Virus record (IMG/VR): IMGVR_UViG_3300021387_000688
Reading direction: 5' to 3' (one strand)
Length of the DNA stretch: 64,000 bases
Origin: a virus
Taxonomy: Duplodnaviria > Caudoviricetes
The position numbers and the translations under genes are program-made. Positions 1-10,484 of this stretch are shown here, one piece after another. The stretch's first letter is position 1. The number at the start of each line of letters is the position of its first letter. The notes beneath the pieces were generated by a model that had not been told where the DNA came from, searched no databases, and saw nothing but the letters and a program-made list of their open reading frames with translations.

Positions 1-119
1 TCTCCGTCTTCGTGAGTTTTTTGAAATTGAACTAAAGTAACACTTGCATTTTCTAATGCCTTTAAGAAATCTAACAATGCCTGAAAAATTCCTGAATCAT
101 ATTTAGTAACTCCGTCCAT
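1..119 (-). CDS. hypothetical protein, runs off window start
   Basis: ATG at 119 overlaps the stop of ORF 119..376; open to the window edge (MDGVTKYDSGIFQALLDFLK...). Confidence 0.55.
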   Translation of the reverse strand, partial: MDGVTKYDSGIFQALLDFLKALENASVTLVQFQKTHEDG

Positions 120-376
120 TATGATCTCCTTATCCAATCCTCTGTTTTTTCAGGATAACCTTTATATGTCATAACTTCTTTCAATTGAAGATTCTTTTCA
201 ATAATTTCTTTCAATTCTTTTGCAGGTTTGTCTACCCAATATCTTTGGTTTCTACCAGTAGTTATAATAGAACAATCTTTCATTCCTCTCTGGTAAGGTT
301 CAACTAATACAATATCCTGTGCTGCTACATAAAATGTCTTTACTGTAGAGTGCGTATCCTGATGTGCTTCAATCAT
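119..376 (-). CDS. hypothetical phage protein
   Basis: ORF track, GGAG RBS, tightly packed operon. Confidence 0.7.
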   Translation of the reverse strand: MIEAHQDTHSTVKTFYVAAQDIVLVEPYQRGMKDCSIITTGRNQRYWVDKPAKELKEIIEKNLQLKEVMTYKGYPEKTEDWIRRS

Positions 377-400
377 TTAAGATTCTCCGTTTGTTTCTCT

Positions 401-682
401 TTAGTTATGGCATCGTCCATAACTAACCCCTCTATCAAAAGCTAACTTCGCGATCATTTTTTCTCTAGGAGAAAGGGGTTCTTCAAAACCTTCCTCCATA
501 TCTTTAATCCAACTCTTAATTACATCTTTTTCTTGATGTTCTTTTTCTTCTTTAAACTCTTGCATCATTTCCATAAAGTCAGAAATATTTTGTTGCATTC
601 TTTTTGCCTCTATATGTGCACGGGCTTCCTTTATTTTGAGTTGTCTTTTAAATTCTTTATAAGAGTCTTCTTTTTCTTTCAT
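401..682 (-). CDS. hypothetical protein (charged, coiled-coil-like)
   Basis: ORF track, 4-nt overlap with upstream gene. Confidence 0.7.
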   Translation of the reverse strand: MKEKEDSYKEFKRQLKIKEARAHIEAKRMQQNISDFMEMMQEFKEEKEHQEKDVIKSWIKDMEEGFEEPLSPREKMIAKLAFDRGVSYGRCHN

Positions 683-1044
683 TCTTGATTTACCACATAT
701 TTATAAGATTCCCCAAATCCGTTTTCTTCATGATCCGAATGATTTGGAAGGGTTCTTACTAGACCATATTCTTCAAATACAATACAAGGACTGCATTCGC
801 AAGGTTGAACTTCTTTACAATAATCGGGATCGAAAAATCCTGCACCTACCATATAATCCCCGCGTCTTCGATAAGTACCTTTTGTTCCAGGTTTTTCAGG
901 AGGGATATATTCTTCATCATGATTTATAGCAGTGCGAGGTTCAAAATGTTCCTCTACAACATAATAACTATGATACTTACCATCTACTCGAAAATCCGGT
1001 TGCTGAAATTTACCTACGTATACTTTTAGTTTTCCTGTTTTCAT
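679..1044 (-). CDS. hypothetical protein
   Basis: ORF track, GAGGA RBS. Confidence 0.7.
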   Translation of the reverse strand: MKTGKLKVYVGKFQQPDFRVDGKYHSYYVVEEHFEPRTAINHDEEYIPPEKPGTKGTYRRRGDYMVGAGFFDPDYCKEVQPCECSPCIVFEEYGLVRTLPNHSDHEENGFGESYKYVVNQE

Positions 1045-1067
1045 AAATCCTCTTGTAAATAATATCG

Positions 1068-1538
1068 TTAGAAAGCAGAACCAAGTTTACGAATATATTT
1101 TCCTTTTTTAGGCTCAACAACCTCTTCTGTTTTTGGATTCCATTTTACTTTCTTAGGAACATACTCTACTCTTAATTGGGTTTTAGATTGCATATTGCAA
1201 TCGGAAGATTCGCTTCCAAACCAAGTTCGTAAATGTTTGTCCCAATGCCAATTACAAGAAGGACATTCAAGGGTTGCATAGATTCCATTATTAGAATGGA
1301 TTTCATCTCCAAAATAACCTCCCTTAGAATAGTTGGTTACCATAAACTGCTTTGCAACATAAACTTCTTTGAAAAGTTTTTTACATTTTGGACAACGTAT
1401 TGCATCTTTAAGCAGGTTAGTCATGGAGTTTGCTTTCCTTCGAAGGTCTTTTAATTCCTTCTTTTCAATTTCATCAATCCTCTTTTTAGTTTCTTTTAGT
1501 TCCTGTTTAACAGTTTTTTCATCAATCTCTTTTATCAT
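1068..1538 (-). CDS. Zn-ribbon-containing hypothetical protein
   Basis: CPKC and CPSC pairs. Confidence 0.65.
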   Translation of the reverse strand: MIKEIDEKTVKQELKETKKRIDEIEKKELKDLRRKANSMTNLLKDAIRCPKCKKLFKEVYVAKQFMVTNYSKGGYFGDEIHSNNGIYATLECPSCNWHWDKHLRTWFGSESSDCNMQSKTQLRVEYVPKKVKWNPKTEEVVEPKKGKYIRKLGSAF

Positions 1539-1541
1539 AAC

Positions 1542-2816
1542 CTAATCCTCTTCCCATAAATGTTCATCTTCATCTTCTTCAAAATCTTTTGCTACTATTT
1601 TCTTTTGCTCTGTAGTTGCATTCAATTCATTTAATACCTTGGCTGTATTAGGAGGAAGTCTAACAACATCTTCAATAAAAGTCTTAATCAAATGTGCCTT
1701 AAGCGCTTCTTTGAAATTATTTGCTACCCATGGAGTATCTCTCAAAGACATTCTTGCAAGCATCAATACATCGGCATTCTTAAAATAAGCATCTGTTATT
1801 GCTTCTCCATTTTCTTTTACAACAATCTTAATTTCATTTACAAGGCCTCTTGCTATTAAATAATTACCAAGATCTGAACGGGTTCTTGAATCTGAGTATT
1901 CTTTGACTAATACATCTGCTTTAGCTTTAGACCAATTTACTGTAATGTCAACAACTTCACTGTTCCAATCCTTATGGGCTTGAATTACTTCATGATAACA
2001 GAATTGGGTAAGATGAGAATGATTTTTTAGAAAATCTTCAGTATCATCCCGTACTATCTGATTAAACTGGGCCTGTACGTTAACCATTGTGTTTTCTTTT
2101 AGAAGTGCACCTTTCGAATGTTCTTCCATAGCCTGAATCCATTTCTCATAAGAATCTATATAAGTTGTACCTCGAGGATCAAAAGATTGTAAGAGCTTTC
2201 CATCCCTCCAAATCTTGAATCCGATATTAGCTATTTTATTACCCAGGTACTGCCCTTTCAAGTCTACGTCATTAGATTTGAAATGGTATTCTACTTGCAC
2301 GGCTGTTCCGTTTAAGTATGCCATAACAAACTCGATATGATTGGCAGAATCATAAACATGCGTACTAATAGTAAAATCTATTGTGAAGGCTTCAATCACT
2401 CTATCAAATGCAAAATCTTTAATAGTTTTACTTACTTCCTCTCCAAGGGTTGGCGGGGTTGCTTTTCTTTTATTTTTAACAATGTACTTAGTTTCTGCTT
2501 TATTACAATCCTTTCGGATATTGTCAATAGTTCTTGCAGCATCATCTCCATCTTTAAAATTTTCTGCTTCATAAAAATTGAAGTAATAAGGATAATAAAC
2601 AGCCCCTGCATTTACTTTCACCTTTACCCCTACTTTAACAATCAATGAATAAAAACTTGCCCTACCGTTTTTTACTTTTGTCCATAGATCCCTATATTCA
2701 TATCGGTCTCTTAAAGACAACATGATTTCGTAATCAGTGTCGCAAAGGTTCCAAGCGTTCTTGCAAAAAGTTTTTTCAAAATGATATAATTCAGGTGTTT
2801 TCATTATCCTCTCCAT
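1542..2816 (-). CDS. hypothetical protein, member of local paralog family with LPPNT..VLNELNAT.EQK motif
   Basis: long ORF; motif shared with 2804..5023 and 5976..7166. Confidence 0.75.
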   Translation of the reverse strand: MERIMKTPELYHFEKTFCKNAWNLCDTDYEIMLSLRDRYEYRDLWTKVKNGRASFYSLIVKVGVKVKVNAGAVYYPYYFNFYEAENFKDGDDAARTIDNIRKDCNKAETKYIVKNKRKATPPTLGEEVSKTIKDFAFDRVIEAFTIDFTISTHVYDSANHIEFVMAYLNGTAVQVEYHFKSNDVDLKGQYLGNKIANIGFKIWRDGKLLQSFDPRGTTYIDSYEKWIQAMEEHSKGALLKENTMVNVQAQFNQIVRDDTEDFLKNHSHLTQFCYHEVIQAHKDWNSEVVDITVNWSKAKADVLVKEYSDSRTRSDLGNYLIARGLVNEIKIVVKENGEAITDAYFKNADVLMLARMSLRDTPWVANNFKEALKAHLIKTFIEDVVRLPPNTAKVLNELNATTEQKKIVAKDFEEDEDEHLWEED

Positions 2817-5023
2817 TCAATATCTCTACCATATACTTTATAAATTTCAAGCAATATCTTTCTTTTGATTGCTTTTGCTTTAAAAATATCTTCAAGGTAA
2901 TCATCCATTACTTGAACAAACTTACCTTCGTTTTCATCGCACTCCCCGTAAGAAGTATTATGCAATTGTTCTCCTCGTCTGTCAATGGTAAGCTGCCATG
3001 AGTTCAAAGACCTAAAGTCCTTCATGCAAAGCCTTACGATAAAATTATAGTCTTCTGTTGAAAACTCAATTCTATAGCATGAAGGTCTAAAATGTTCTGG
3101 AGGAAAATTAATACAACGATGCAAATCAAAATTAAGAAGATTTAATTCCTTCATTGCATTTTCAACCATTTTTTCTTCTGTAATGGCGTCAATTGTTCCT
3201 TTATAAAAAGGGTTTAATTTACACACTATTTCAAAATCTTCAGCCACCTTAGCTTTCTGCTCATTTGTGGCGTTCAATTCATTCAATACTTCTTTTGTAT
3301 TAGGAGGAAGTTTGAAATCTTCTTTCCAGTAAAGTTTAACTAATTCGCTTTTTACAAATTCCAATAACCCAGTTGCAGAATTTACATCCATCTGTTTTTT
3401 AACATCTTTAACAAATTCACCATCTTCCATTCCGGTTCTTGTATAATCAATTACCTTAGGATTCTTAGGAAGTGCGCATTTAAGACTCCAGTTACCGTGA
3501 ATCCATTTTAAGAGATGACTTCCGAGGTCATCTTTCGTAATATCTAAAGTCGGGTAATATTTAACTCTACTACGGAACCATTGACGTGCAGCGTCTTCCA
3601 TATACTTGTTATCAAAATCGATTCTAACCGTAGCATCCCCATAAAGGGTTGTAGTAGGAGACACAAAAGGCATCATAAAAGTATACTGAATATGACTTTC
3701 TTCTAGAGTTTTTCTCATCCATTCTTTCATAGCTGCTTTTACTTCTTCGGCACGTCGTTCATTTCTCTTTTTCCTAGCCTCTTCATATTCTCTTTCATCA
3801 TTCTTTACGGCCCAACCATTGTATTCGTTTTTAAGTTTTTCAAGTATATTGAATCTAAAATCATCCCAGAAATCTTCGTAATTATTAACAATGTTAAAGA
3901 TATCCCTCATCCTTGGGAAGAAGTTTGCTAGCGATCCCTGATATGGAAGATTTGGAAACTTTTTATCACAAATGCTAGAGATGCTAATATGATCAAAAAC
4001 GTCCCAAACATTCAATCCGCAAAAAGTAATGCCCTGAGGGTGCAAATCAATTTTTAATTTAAACTCTTTTTCTTCTCCGGAGAAGCCCTTAAAAGAAATT
4101 TCTGCATAGCATTCAGGTTCACTACATTCTACAAAATCTATGTGAAGAGAATCTTTATAATATTCAATATGAGTTGGCCACAATCTTTCTATTTCTTCTT
4201 CTCTCCATTCATGGAATTTGTTAACTTCAAGTAAAGATACTTGATACAAGAATTCCTCAACTACTTTCGGTGCATCCATCTTATTCCAATCATTGCCTTC
4301 ATAATCTTGCCAAAGCTGCACCAACTTCTTTTTCAAAAAACAAATATTATCCCCTTTACAAATTGTATAAGGAGGGAACGCATTACTATTAATATTCCAA
4401 TACATCTTTCCTGCAAGTGCTTCAAAGGAATTATGCAGCGTATCGCAAGACTGTTTTTTATTCAATTCAATTACCATACTCACGTCAAAGTAAATTGAAT
4501 TTATAAAAAATCCACCATGTACATGCTCTTCCATAGCTCTGCACTTATCTTCATCTGTACCAGAAGTGTAATTGAAAGATACTTGCCAATTTCTTTCATC
4601 GTAAAGAGGTTCAACAATTTTAGGTTCAGAATTGGTCAACCTGTCATGGTAATTTTTTATTTCAACTTTTAAAGTCTCTATCATTTTGATCCAAAGGTAA
4701 GAAGATAATGGAGTTACATTATCTTTACTGAGCTTCTGCATTTTAAGACCTTTCCAGATTTTTGCATCAATATCTTTATTAAACTTTATATAAAGTTTTT
4801 CTTTACGGGCTGAATCACAAAGGGATTCAAAAACTACTGCATTAGAGTTTTTCTTGTAAAAACTTATTTCAAGCTTCATTGTTTCGATAGCTTTATTATC
4901 CCATTCTTCAATCAAACCAGATTCCATAGAATCTATTGTTTCTACAACCCAATGTACAGAGGCTATTTGCCTTGCCCAGTATCCTAAATCTTCTAATCCT
5001 TCAAAGTGTAAATTATAATACAT
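2804..5023 (-). CDS. large hypothetical protein, same paralog motif
   Basis: 739 aa ORF containing LPPNTKEVLNELNATNEQKAKVAEDFE. Confidence 0.75.
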   Translation of the reverse strand: MYYNLHFEGLEDLGYWARQIASVHWVVETIDSMESGLIEEWDNKAIETMKLEISFYKKNSNAVVFESLCDSARKEKLYIKFNKDIDAKIWKGLKMQKLSKDNVTPLSSYLWIKMIETLKVEIKNYHDRLTNSEPKIVEPLYDERNWQVSFNYTSGTDEDKCRAMEEHVHGGFFINSIYFDVSMVIELNKKQSCDTLHNSFEALAGKMYWNINSNAFPPYTICKGDNICFLKKKLVQLWQDYEGNDWNKMDAPKVVEEFLYQVSLLEVNKFHEWREEEIERLWPTHIEYYKDSLHIDFVECSEPECYAEISFKGFSGEEKEFKLKIDLHPQGITFCGLNVWDVFDHISISSICDKKFPNLPYQGSLANFFPRMRDIFNIVNNYEDFWDDFRFNILEKLKNEYNGWAVKNDEREYEEARKKRNERRAEEVKAAMKEWMRKTLEESHIQYTFMMPFVSPTTTLYGDATVRIDFDNKYMEDAARQWFRSRVKYYPTLDITKDDLGSHLLKWIHGNWSLKCALPKNPKVIDYTRTGMEDGEFVKDVKKQMDVNSATGLLEFVKSELVKLYWKEDFKLPPNTKEVLNELNATNEQKAKVAEDFEIVCKLNPFYKGTIDAITEEKMVENAMKELNLLNFDLHRCINFPPEHFRPSCYRIEFSTEDYNFIVRLCMKDFRSLNSWQLTIDRRGEQLHNTSYGECDENEGKFVQVMDDYLEDIFKAKAIKRKILLEIYKVYGRDIEWRG

Positions 5024-5026
5024 TTT

Positions 5027-5305
5027 TTACCCCGCATTAAATGAACTCAATATAATTGTTGGTTCATTGTATTTTGTTGTTGTTCCAATCTCTTTGACTG
5101 TATACTTTTGATAAGATCTTCTTTCAAAATTATCTTCTCTTTTAAATCTTTGACCTACAATATAAGAATGTGTTTCCTGGTCCCAGATGTCGTTTCCGTA
5201 TTCAGCTAAGTCTTTTGCTTGCGACAGGGATTCAGCTGCAACAATTGCGCTATCAAAATCGTCGTAATCTACATCTGTTAAAGATATCTTAAAAAGTTTA
5301 AGCAT
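5027..5305 (-). CDS. small hypothetical phage protein
   Basis: GGAGG RBS; YDDFDSAIVAAES...SFNAG pattern typical of small phage proteins. Confidence 0.7.
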   Translation of the reverse strand: MLKLFKISLTDVDYDDFDSAIVAAESLSQAKDLAEYGNDIWDQETHSYIVGQRFKREDNFERRSYQKYTVKEIGTTTKYNEPTIILSSFNAG

Positions 5306-5720
5306 TTATATCCACCTCCTTTAATTCTGTAAATTCTTTTATATGTTCTTCATCTACTACAAAAAGTTTTTTACCATCGCACATCAACCAATCATTATGG
5401 AAAAGATATAATGTACCTTCGTAATCATGTGTCCAAGTTCCATCATGATTGTCAAAAGATGTTCCGGCTTGTACAACCATTACTTCTAAAGATTTTTCGA
5501 TTTCTTCTATTGTTTGAGAGATTTGATGGTTTCGGTCAAATGCAATTTTACTATGACCAAATACTGCTTTTAATGCAGTTCCAAAAGAGAGTTGAGTCAT
5601 TATTTTAATGTCGTCAACTATGAAATCCGCAAATTCCCATTCCATAGATTCCTTTACATCTTTACCTGTAAAGCAAGCCCCATGGTACAGAACTTTATCT
5701 TTCATGAATAGTTTTGTCAT
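5298..5720 (-). CDS. hypothetical protein (probably leaderless)
   Basis: CTATATT-N6-ATG upstream. Confidence 0.7.
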   Translation of the reverse strand: MTKLFMKDKVLYHGACFTGKDVKESMEWEFADFIVDDIKIMTQLSFGTALKAVFGHSKIAFDRNHQISQTIEEIEKSLEVMVVQAGTSFDNHDGTWTHDYEGTLYLFHNDWLMCDGKKLFVVDEEHIKEFTELKEVDINA

Positions 5721-5757
5721 GCTAATAATATAGAAAATTGAAGGGATTAATATTTCA

Positions 5758-5979
5758 TTAAAGAGATAAGATTTGAATTAATTTTATATCTTGGATTCGG
5801 ATTCCTTCTTCATTTCCAATATCTAAAAAGTCACCCCAATCCTCATCAGAAAAGCACCCATGCCCATAGCAGCCTCCATCGGGTCTGCATTTAAGGCAAG
5901 GGTTTTTAGAGAAGTATTTAATTTTTTCTACATTAAGGACATCCGAAGTCCCGTTTTTGTATTTTACTAATATCCTCAT
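5758..5979 (-). CDS. hypothetical Cys-rich protein
   Basis: ORF track, ATGA overlap. Confidence 0.6.
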   Translation of the reverse strand: MRILVKYKNGTSDVLNVEKIKYFSKNPCLKCRPDGGCYGHGCFSDEDWGDFLDIGNEEGIRIQDIKLIQILSL

Positions 5980-7166
5980 GATTCACGAGCTTTCTTAAGA
6001 GCATTCGCAATAATATTTACCTGATCTTCTGTTGCATCCAAAGTTGCCAATATTTCAGATACTTCCTTTGGCAAAACTTGATTACTGTACATGCCATCTA
6101 ATACTTTAGTAGTTTCATTTATCCAATCTTTATCGATCTGAAAGTTTGAATCTAATGTCAAGTTTCTCAATACAACAGTTGAAAGATTATGCCAGTTTCT
6201 AATAGATTTTGCATCCAAAATCATATGGAAGGAATCATTCAACATTGAAGATATTTCAATAGTTGGATGGAAATATTTGAAGATATAATTTCCAATACCG
6301 AACAATTGGCTTGATTTTTCGTATTTCTTTATAAGGGCTTTAGCTTCCCCTTCTGTCCAAGAAGTGACTACTTTGTAGTTAGCCATCTGGTAAGTAATGT
6401 ATTTGACTGTCAAATCTTTTGACGCTTCAAGTTCTGCCACTCCTTTAATCTTATTGAAATAATTTCTAGCTATCTGGTTTGCAACTTCATAAGGAGTAGA
6501 ATTGAATTCATTAAGTCTACTCAGTCCATCTGCCAATTCCGAAATCATTGCAGTTAAGTTTTTTCCAAATGGGCAAAATACCTTTATAATTCTATCCCCT
6601 GGTCCCGTCAACTTGAACCCAATATGAGTTACTGTAGTTTTATCTTCAAAATAAGTTTCAAACTTCAACTTGTAAGTATTGCACAACTTGCAATCGATAT
6701 CCAAAACCTTATAATCCCTATTCCAATTTTTACCTGTAATTTCTAAAGATACAGTCAATTCTTTTTTCTCCTTTTCAAACAGCAACGGGAACAATGTTGT
6801 TCTTATTTTACTCTCTAAAATCTTACTTAATGCAGGCATAATCTTATTATAAGAAGTTTTTCCTTCATCTTTTATACCCAGGCTTTTACAAGCCTTGTGA
6901 CCCATAGCAACAATGGCTCCTATAAAGTCACCCCAATATTCATTGTCATTAACTTTATACCATTTAGATGCGAATTCTTCTGTTCTTCCAAAAGGCATAG
7001 TTATAATAACAACTCTGGCTTTTTCTAGAGGTGTAGGATCAAATGCTACTCTAAGATTATCGATGTGATTTGTATTGTGTTGAATTTCAAATTCTGCTTT
7101 CCAAATACCTTCATTATAAAAAGGAAGCAATTCGTCGTACTCTGCAAATTCTATTACAATTTTCAT
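5976..7166 (-). CDS. hypothetical protein, diverged member of paralog family
   Basis: C-terminal LPKEVSEILATLDATEDQ; WTEGEAKALIKKY..GNY resembles WSKAKADVLVKEY..GNY of 1542..2816. Confidence 0.7.
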   Translation of the reverse strand: MKIVIEFAEYDELLPFYNEGIWKAEFEIQHNTNHIDNLRVAFDPTPLEKARVVIITMPFGRTEEFASKWYKVNDNEYWGDFIGAIVAMGHKACKSLGIKDEGKTSYNKIMPALSKILESKIRTTLFPLLFEKEKKELTVSLEITGKNWNRDYKVLDIDCKLCNTYKLKFETYFEDKTTVTHIGFKLTGPGDRIIKVFCPFGKNLTAMISELADGLSRLNEFNSTPYEVANQIARNYFNKIKGVAELEASKDLTVKYITYQMANYKVVTSWTEGEAKALIKKYEKSSQLFGIGNYIFKYFHPTIEISSMLNDSFHMILDAKSIRNWHNLSTVVLRNLTLDSNFQIDKDWINETTKVLDGMYSNQVLPKEVSEILATLDATEDQVNIIANALKKARES

Positions 7167-7816
7167 TATTCTTTTCCTTCTTCAATAATATATGCATAAG
7201 CTCTTACAAGCCAATCTTTTTCGAAGTTGTCTGTATAGAATATTTTCTTATGACCTTCTTTCTGTCCCCAGATTTCTCTAGAGAAATACTTTTTAGGTTT
7301 TACCCGGCACTGTTTTTCATATTCTTTATATTCTGCTTTTTCTTTTTTGGACATAGCTTTATATTCAAAACCGTTCCATTCTTTCTTGAAACAATCTTTA
7401 CAAAGATTTGCAATCCATCCACCTGTCTGCCAAATAATATGATTGCCTTTTGAATCTCTAGGAACTTTTCCACAATGCTGGCAAGTTACAGAAGAAAGCA
7501 TGTGAAGAATGGATTCTGCTTCTTGCATCCCGTCTGTATATCCTGAAAGAGAAACCCTTAGCGTACCGTACTTTTCTTTTGTATCGTAAATAGCAAAATC
7601 CTTTTTAGCGGCATCAGGAAGCTTATCATACTCTTTAAAGATTTCTTGCATAAATCTCTTCCAAAGCTTTTCCCAACCGCAACCATCCCAGGCAACATAC
7701 CAGTTGTGCTCTAGATCCTCTTCTTCGGTTTTGAAAGATTTTTCTCCGGAGAAAACATTTCGATAAGTGAGGAAAGGATACTTCTCAAGAAGTTTTTTCA
7801 TTTCTTCTTTTTCCAT
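7166..7816 (-). CDS. conserved phage protein (KEKYGTLR + CxxC family)
   Basis: DTKEKYGTLR, TCQHCG, LCKDC motifs. Confidence 0.65.
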   Translation of the reverse strand: MEKEEMKKLLEKYPFLTYRNVFSGEKSFKTEEEDLEHNWYVAWDGCGWEKLWKRFMQEIFKEYDKLPDAAKKDFAIYDTKEKYGTLRVSLSGYTDGMQEAESILHMLSSVTCQHCGKVPRDSKGNHIIWQTGGWIANLCKDCFKKEWNGFEYKAMSKKEKAEYKEYEKQCRVKPKKYFSREIWGQKEGHKKIFYTDNFEKDWLVRAYAYIIEEGKE

Positions 7817-7817
7817 T

Positions 7818-8039
7818 TTAATGCCCCTTTGAAAATTTTTCTGCTTGAGGGAAGTTTATATCTCCAGCTTCAGGTATTGGTACTCCTTTGAAAACTAGCA
7901 TTTCGTTTTCTGTACCACAATATAATTCCTTTGTTTCATTATTAAGGTAAAGTTCCCCGTCCCTGAGTTTTTCAATATTTTCTTTCTTCAAGTAGGTTTG
8001 AAAACCTTTTGTAGTTCCTCTTGCAATTCTAACTGTCAT
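7818..8039 (-). CDS. small protein resembling the N-terminal module of tail fibre/tropism proteins
   Basis: VRIARG...LRDGELYLNNETKELYCG pattern. Confidence 0.45.
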   Translation of the reverse strand: MTVRIARGTTKGFQTYLKKENIEKLRDGELYLNNETKELYCGTENEMLVFKGVPIPEAGDINFPQAEKFSKGH

Positions 8040-8042
8040 TTT

Positions 8043-8297
8043 TTACAACCTTACAATGTTTGTAATATAGGTGCTAACATTGTCATAAAATTCGACATCG
8101 GTTTCTAAGAATTCTTTTGCAAGTTCCGTTTCTAGAGATTCCAACCAATTGTATACTTCATCTTCAGATTCCATATCAGTTGGAATCTCTTTTACAACGC
8201 GTCTATGTAATTCATGGCGCTGCATCAAATCAGATTTTGCGGACCAATAAATTGTATAATAAATAATTACAAACTTCTGCATTAGAGTTCCTCCCAA
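8043..8297 (-). CDS. hypothetical protein
   Basis: ORF track; real start may be the second Met. Confidence 0.6.
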   Translation of the reverse strand: MGGTLMQKFVIIYYTIYWSAKSDLMQRHELHRRVVKEIPTDMESEDEVYNWLESLETELAKEFLETDVEFYDNVSTYITNIVRL

Positions 8298-9112
8298 TTA
8301 ACAATGAAAGAACCATATTGTAAAATTCCTGGGCAAGGAATCATACAAGGGCCACTTTTGAATTCAACTTCTTTTACTTCGTAACCTTTATTTGTTAACC
8401 AAGTGGCTAAAGATTTTGCAAATTCGTTTGGATTTCCTTTAATACAATTTTTATCTACAAGTACATGGAAACCACCGTTTGTAGAAACAACCATTCCTTT
8501 TAAGTTTACAAAAATCTTTGATTCTTTAAAGAAAGGTTTAATATAAACATCCTTAACTGTAGTTCTATCGAAGGTTTCAAGATTCTCAATATCAATATCA
8601 AAATCGATCCACTTTGTGCGGTTACATTCCATTCGTTCTGAACGGAAATCTGAATTTGTATGTGCAAGCTGGTTTTTACCATCTGCTCCACCATCATTAG
8701 ACAATACGATATTCTTTTGGATATCATTAACAGCAGAGAGATGCTTTAAAGCAACTTTTCTTTCATCTGAAGGGTTGCAGCAAATAAATGTAGTCATTGC
8801 TTTCTGAGGGAGCGCGATTTCGTTTTCAGTACCTCTATTGAAAGTTAAACATTTAATAGGTACTTCAAGTTCGTACATTTTCTGAAGAGCGTTTTCTGAA
8901 TTAACTCTGCATCCGTCAGAACCCCGAATTGTTTTTGTTAAGTAAACCTCTCGGTTTCTTGCACCTAGCATTTTTCTTTCTTCGTCTGTAAGTTTCTTAG
9001 AACGGAATGCGGTATTTACAAGATATGTTTCGTAAGGAAAAATATCCCCTAATCTTTCGAGAAATGTTAAAAATTGATTTTCATCTACTAATACTTTGTA
9101 TGTTTCGCTCAT
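8282..9112 (-). CDS. AEP/PrimPol-like protein
   Basis: WIDFDID (DxD) and STNGGFH (motif II-like). Confidence 0.45.
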   Translation of the reverse strand: MSETYKVLVDENQFLTFLERLGDIFPYETYLVNTAFRSKKLTDEERKMLGARNREVYLTKTIRGSDGCRVNSENALQKMYELEVPIKCLTFNRGTENEIALPQKAMTTFICCNPSDERKVALKHLSAVNDIQKNIVLSNDGGADGKNQLAHTNSDFRSERMECNRTKWIDFDIDIENLETFDRTTVKDVYIKPFFKESKIFVNLKGMVVSTNGGFHVLVDKNCIKGNPNEFAKSLATWLTNKGYEVKEVEFKSGPCMIPCPGILQYGSFIVNWEEL

Positions 9113-9138
9113 GTAAATAATATAGAAAAAATAGGAAT

Positions 9139-9498
9139 CTACTTTTTCTTAAAATCTACATAAACTTCATATCTAACTTCATCTTTATACCAATGTACTA
9201 CTTTTTCACTAATAGTTCTGTCCAAATTATTTTCTTTACAGAATCGTTTAATAACATTAAAAACTGTAGTCATGGCTTCCGATTCCTTATAGAAATCAGG
9301 GTGACAAATATATTTTACGCGCATGCAATTGTATTGCTCGTAGTATATTGTAATTACTTTAACGTCTTTTGCAGTCTCATGGCTTTCTGGAAAAACATTT
9401 CCCAAATCTGTTATCTTAGGCTCTAAATTACTTTTTGGTACAGAGAAAGCAAATACGCACATTAAATACATTAATATGATGCAAATTCTCTTTTTCAT
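9139..9498 (-). CDS. exported protein with signal peptide
   Basis: MKKR + hydrophobic stretch + AFS cleavage-like site; GAGGTG RBS. Confidence 0.65.
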   Translation of the reverse strand: MKKRICIILMYLMCVFAFSVPKSNLEPKITDLGNVFPESHETAKDVKVITIYYEQYNCMRVKYICHPDFYKESEAMTTVFNVIKRFCKENNLDRTISEKVVHWYKDEVRYEVYVDFKKK

Positions 9499-9509
9499 AG
9501 GGTCACCTC

Positions 9510-10484
9510 TTACACCATTGTTACTGGTATAGCTCTTAACGTTCTTTGGTTTTCTTCTCCTTTACTCTTAAATGTTTGCAACAACTTTACTATTGGTTTA
9601 GGGAATAAACTAAAGTCGTATTTTCTTTTCATAAAAGACCTAATCATCATTGAACTGAAGCATGCACTAAATTGAGTGGCTTCTTCTTCAGTCTTTCCAT
9701 AGGCAATACTGTAATCGTGTAATTGTTTAACTAGAAAATTTAGTTCAATAACTCTTACAGGGGCCTCATCTAAAACATGCGCCAATTCCTTCATAACAGG
9801 GGAAGCGTCTTTAAGAAGTCCTTTTGGAGGAGTCAATAAAATATTTTCTTTACGATGCTTGAACAAATTGTCTATCTTAATAAATAATACTTTTCTGTGG
9901 GACCAATACTTTCTAAAATACACAATTACCAAATTGGTCCAAGCAATTAAAACTATTAACAACCCCATCAACCCTATTACAAAAGAATGGTGAGTTTCTA
10001 GACTTAAATAATAGTTTGGATTTGTTTCATCTGGAAGAATCAAATAATCCAAAATCATATAAGCCACTATATATACGCAATCTAATACTTGGTACATCAT
10101 AAAGTGGCCTCCATATATATTACCATTCTTTAAATCAAATATTTTTACAAACAAAAACATTCCAATACTTATAACATACATAAGTATTTGGGATGCTACT
10201 TTAATATGTTGTCCATATATACTTATACTTCCTGAAAAGTACATAGCTGCTAAACAAGCATCTAAACTTAAGAATAAGTAAAACACTCCCAGTAAGAAAT
10301 GTCTTAAGTTTGCATTCCATACCTTATCCATAACTATGTGTAAGAACATTCTACTAAACAATATAAATACTAAACACAAAGAAATTGTAGCGTTCATAAC
10401 TTCGTTAGTAAAGTCTGGGTACGAATGTTTAACTATCATGTTGGTTAGAAAGTATCCGATTAATGCTAACATCTCAACAATCAT
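9510..10484 (-). CDS. multi-pass membrane protein with soluble C-terminal domain
   Basis: about 6 hydrophobic segments in the first 190 aa. Confidence 0.7.
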   Translation of the reverse strand: MIVEMLALIGYFLTNMIVKHSYPDFTNEVMNATISLCLVFILFSRMFLHIVMDKVWNANLRHFLLGVFYLFLSLDACLAAMYFSGSISIYGQHIKVASQILMYVISIGMFLFVKIFDLKNGNIYGGHFMMYQVLDCVYIVAYMILDYLILPDETNPNYYLSLETHHSFVIGLMGLLIVLIAWTNLVIVYFRKYWSHRKVLFIKIDNLFKHRKENILLTPPKGLLKDASPVMKELAHVLDEAPVRVIELNFLVKQLHDYSIAYGKTEEEATQFSACFSSMMIRSFMKRKYDFSLFPKPIVKLLQTFKSKGEENQRTLRAIPVTMV

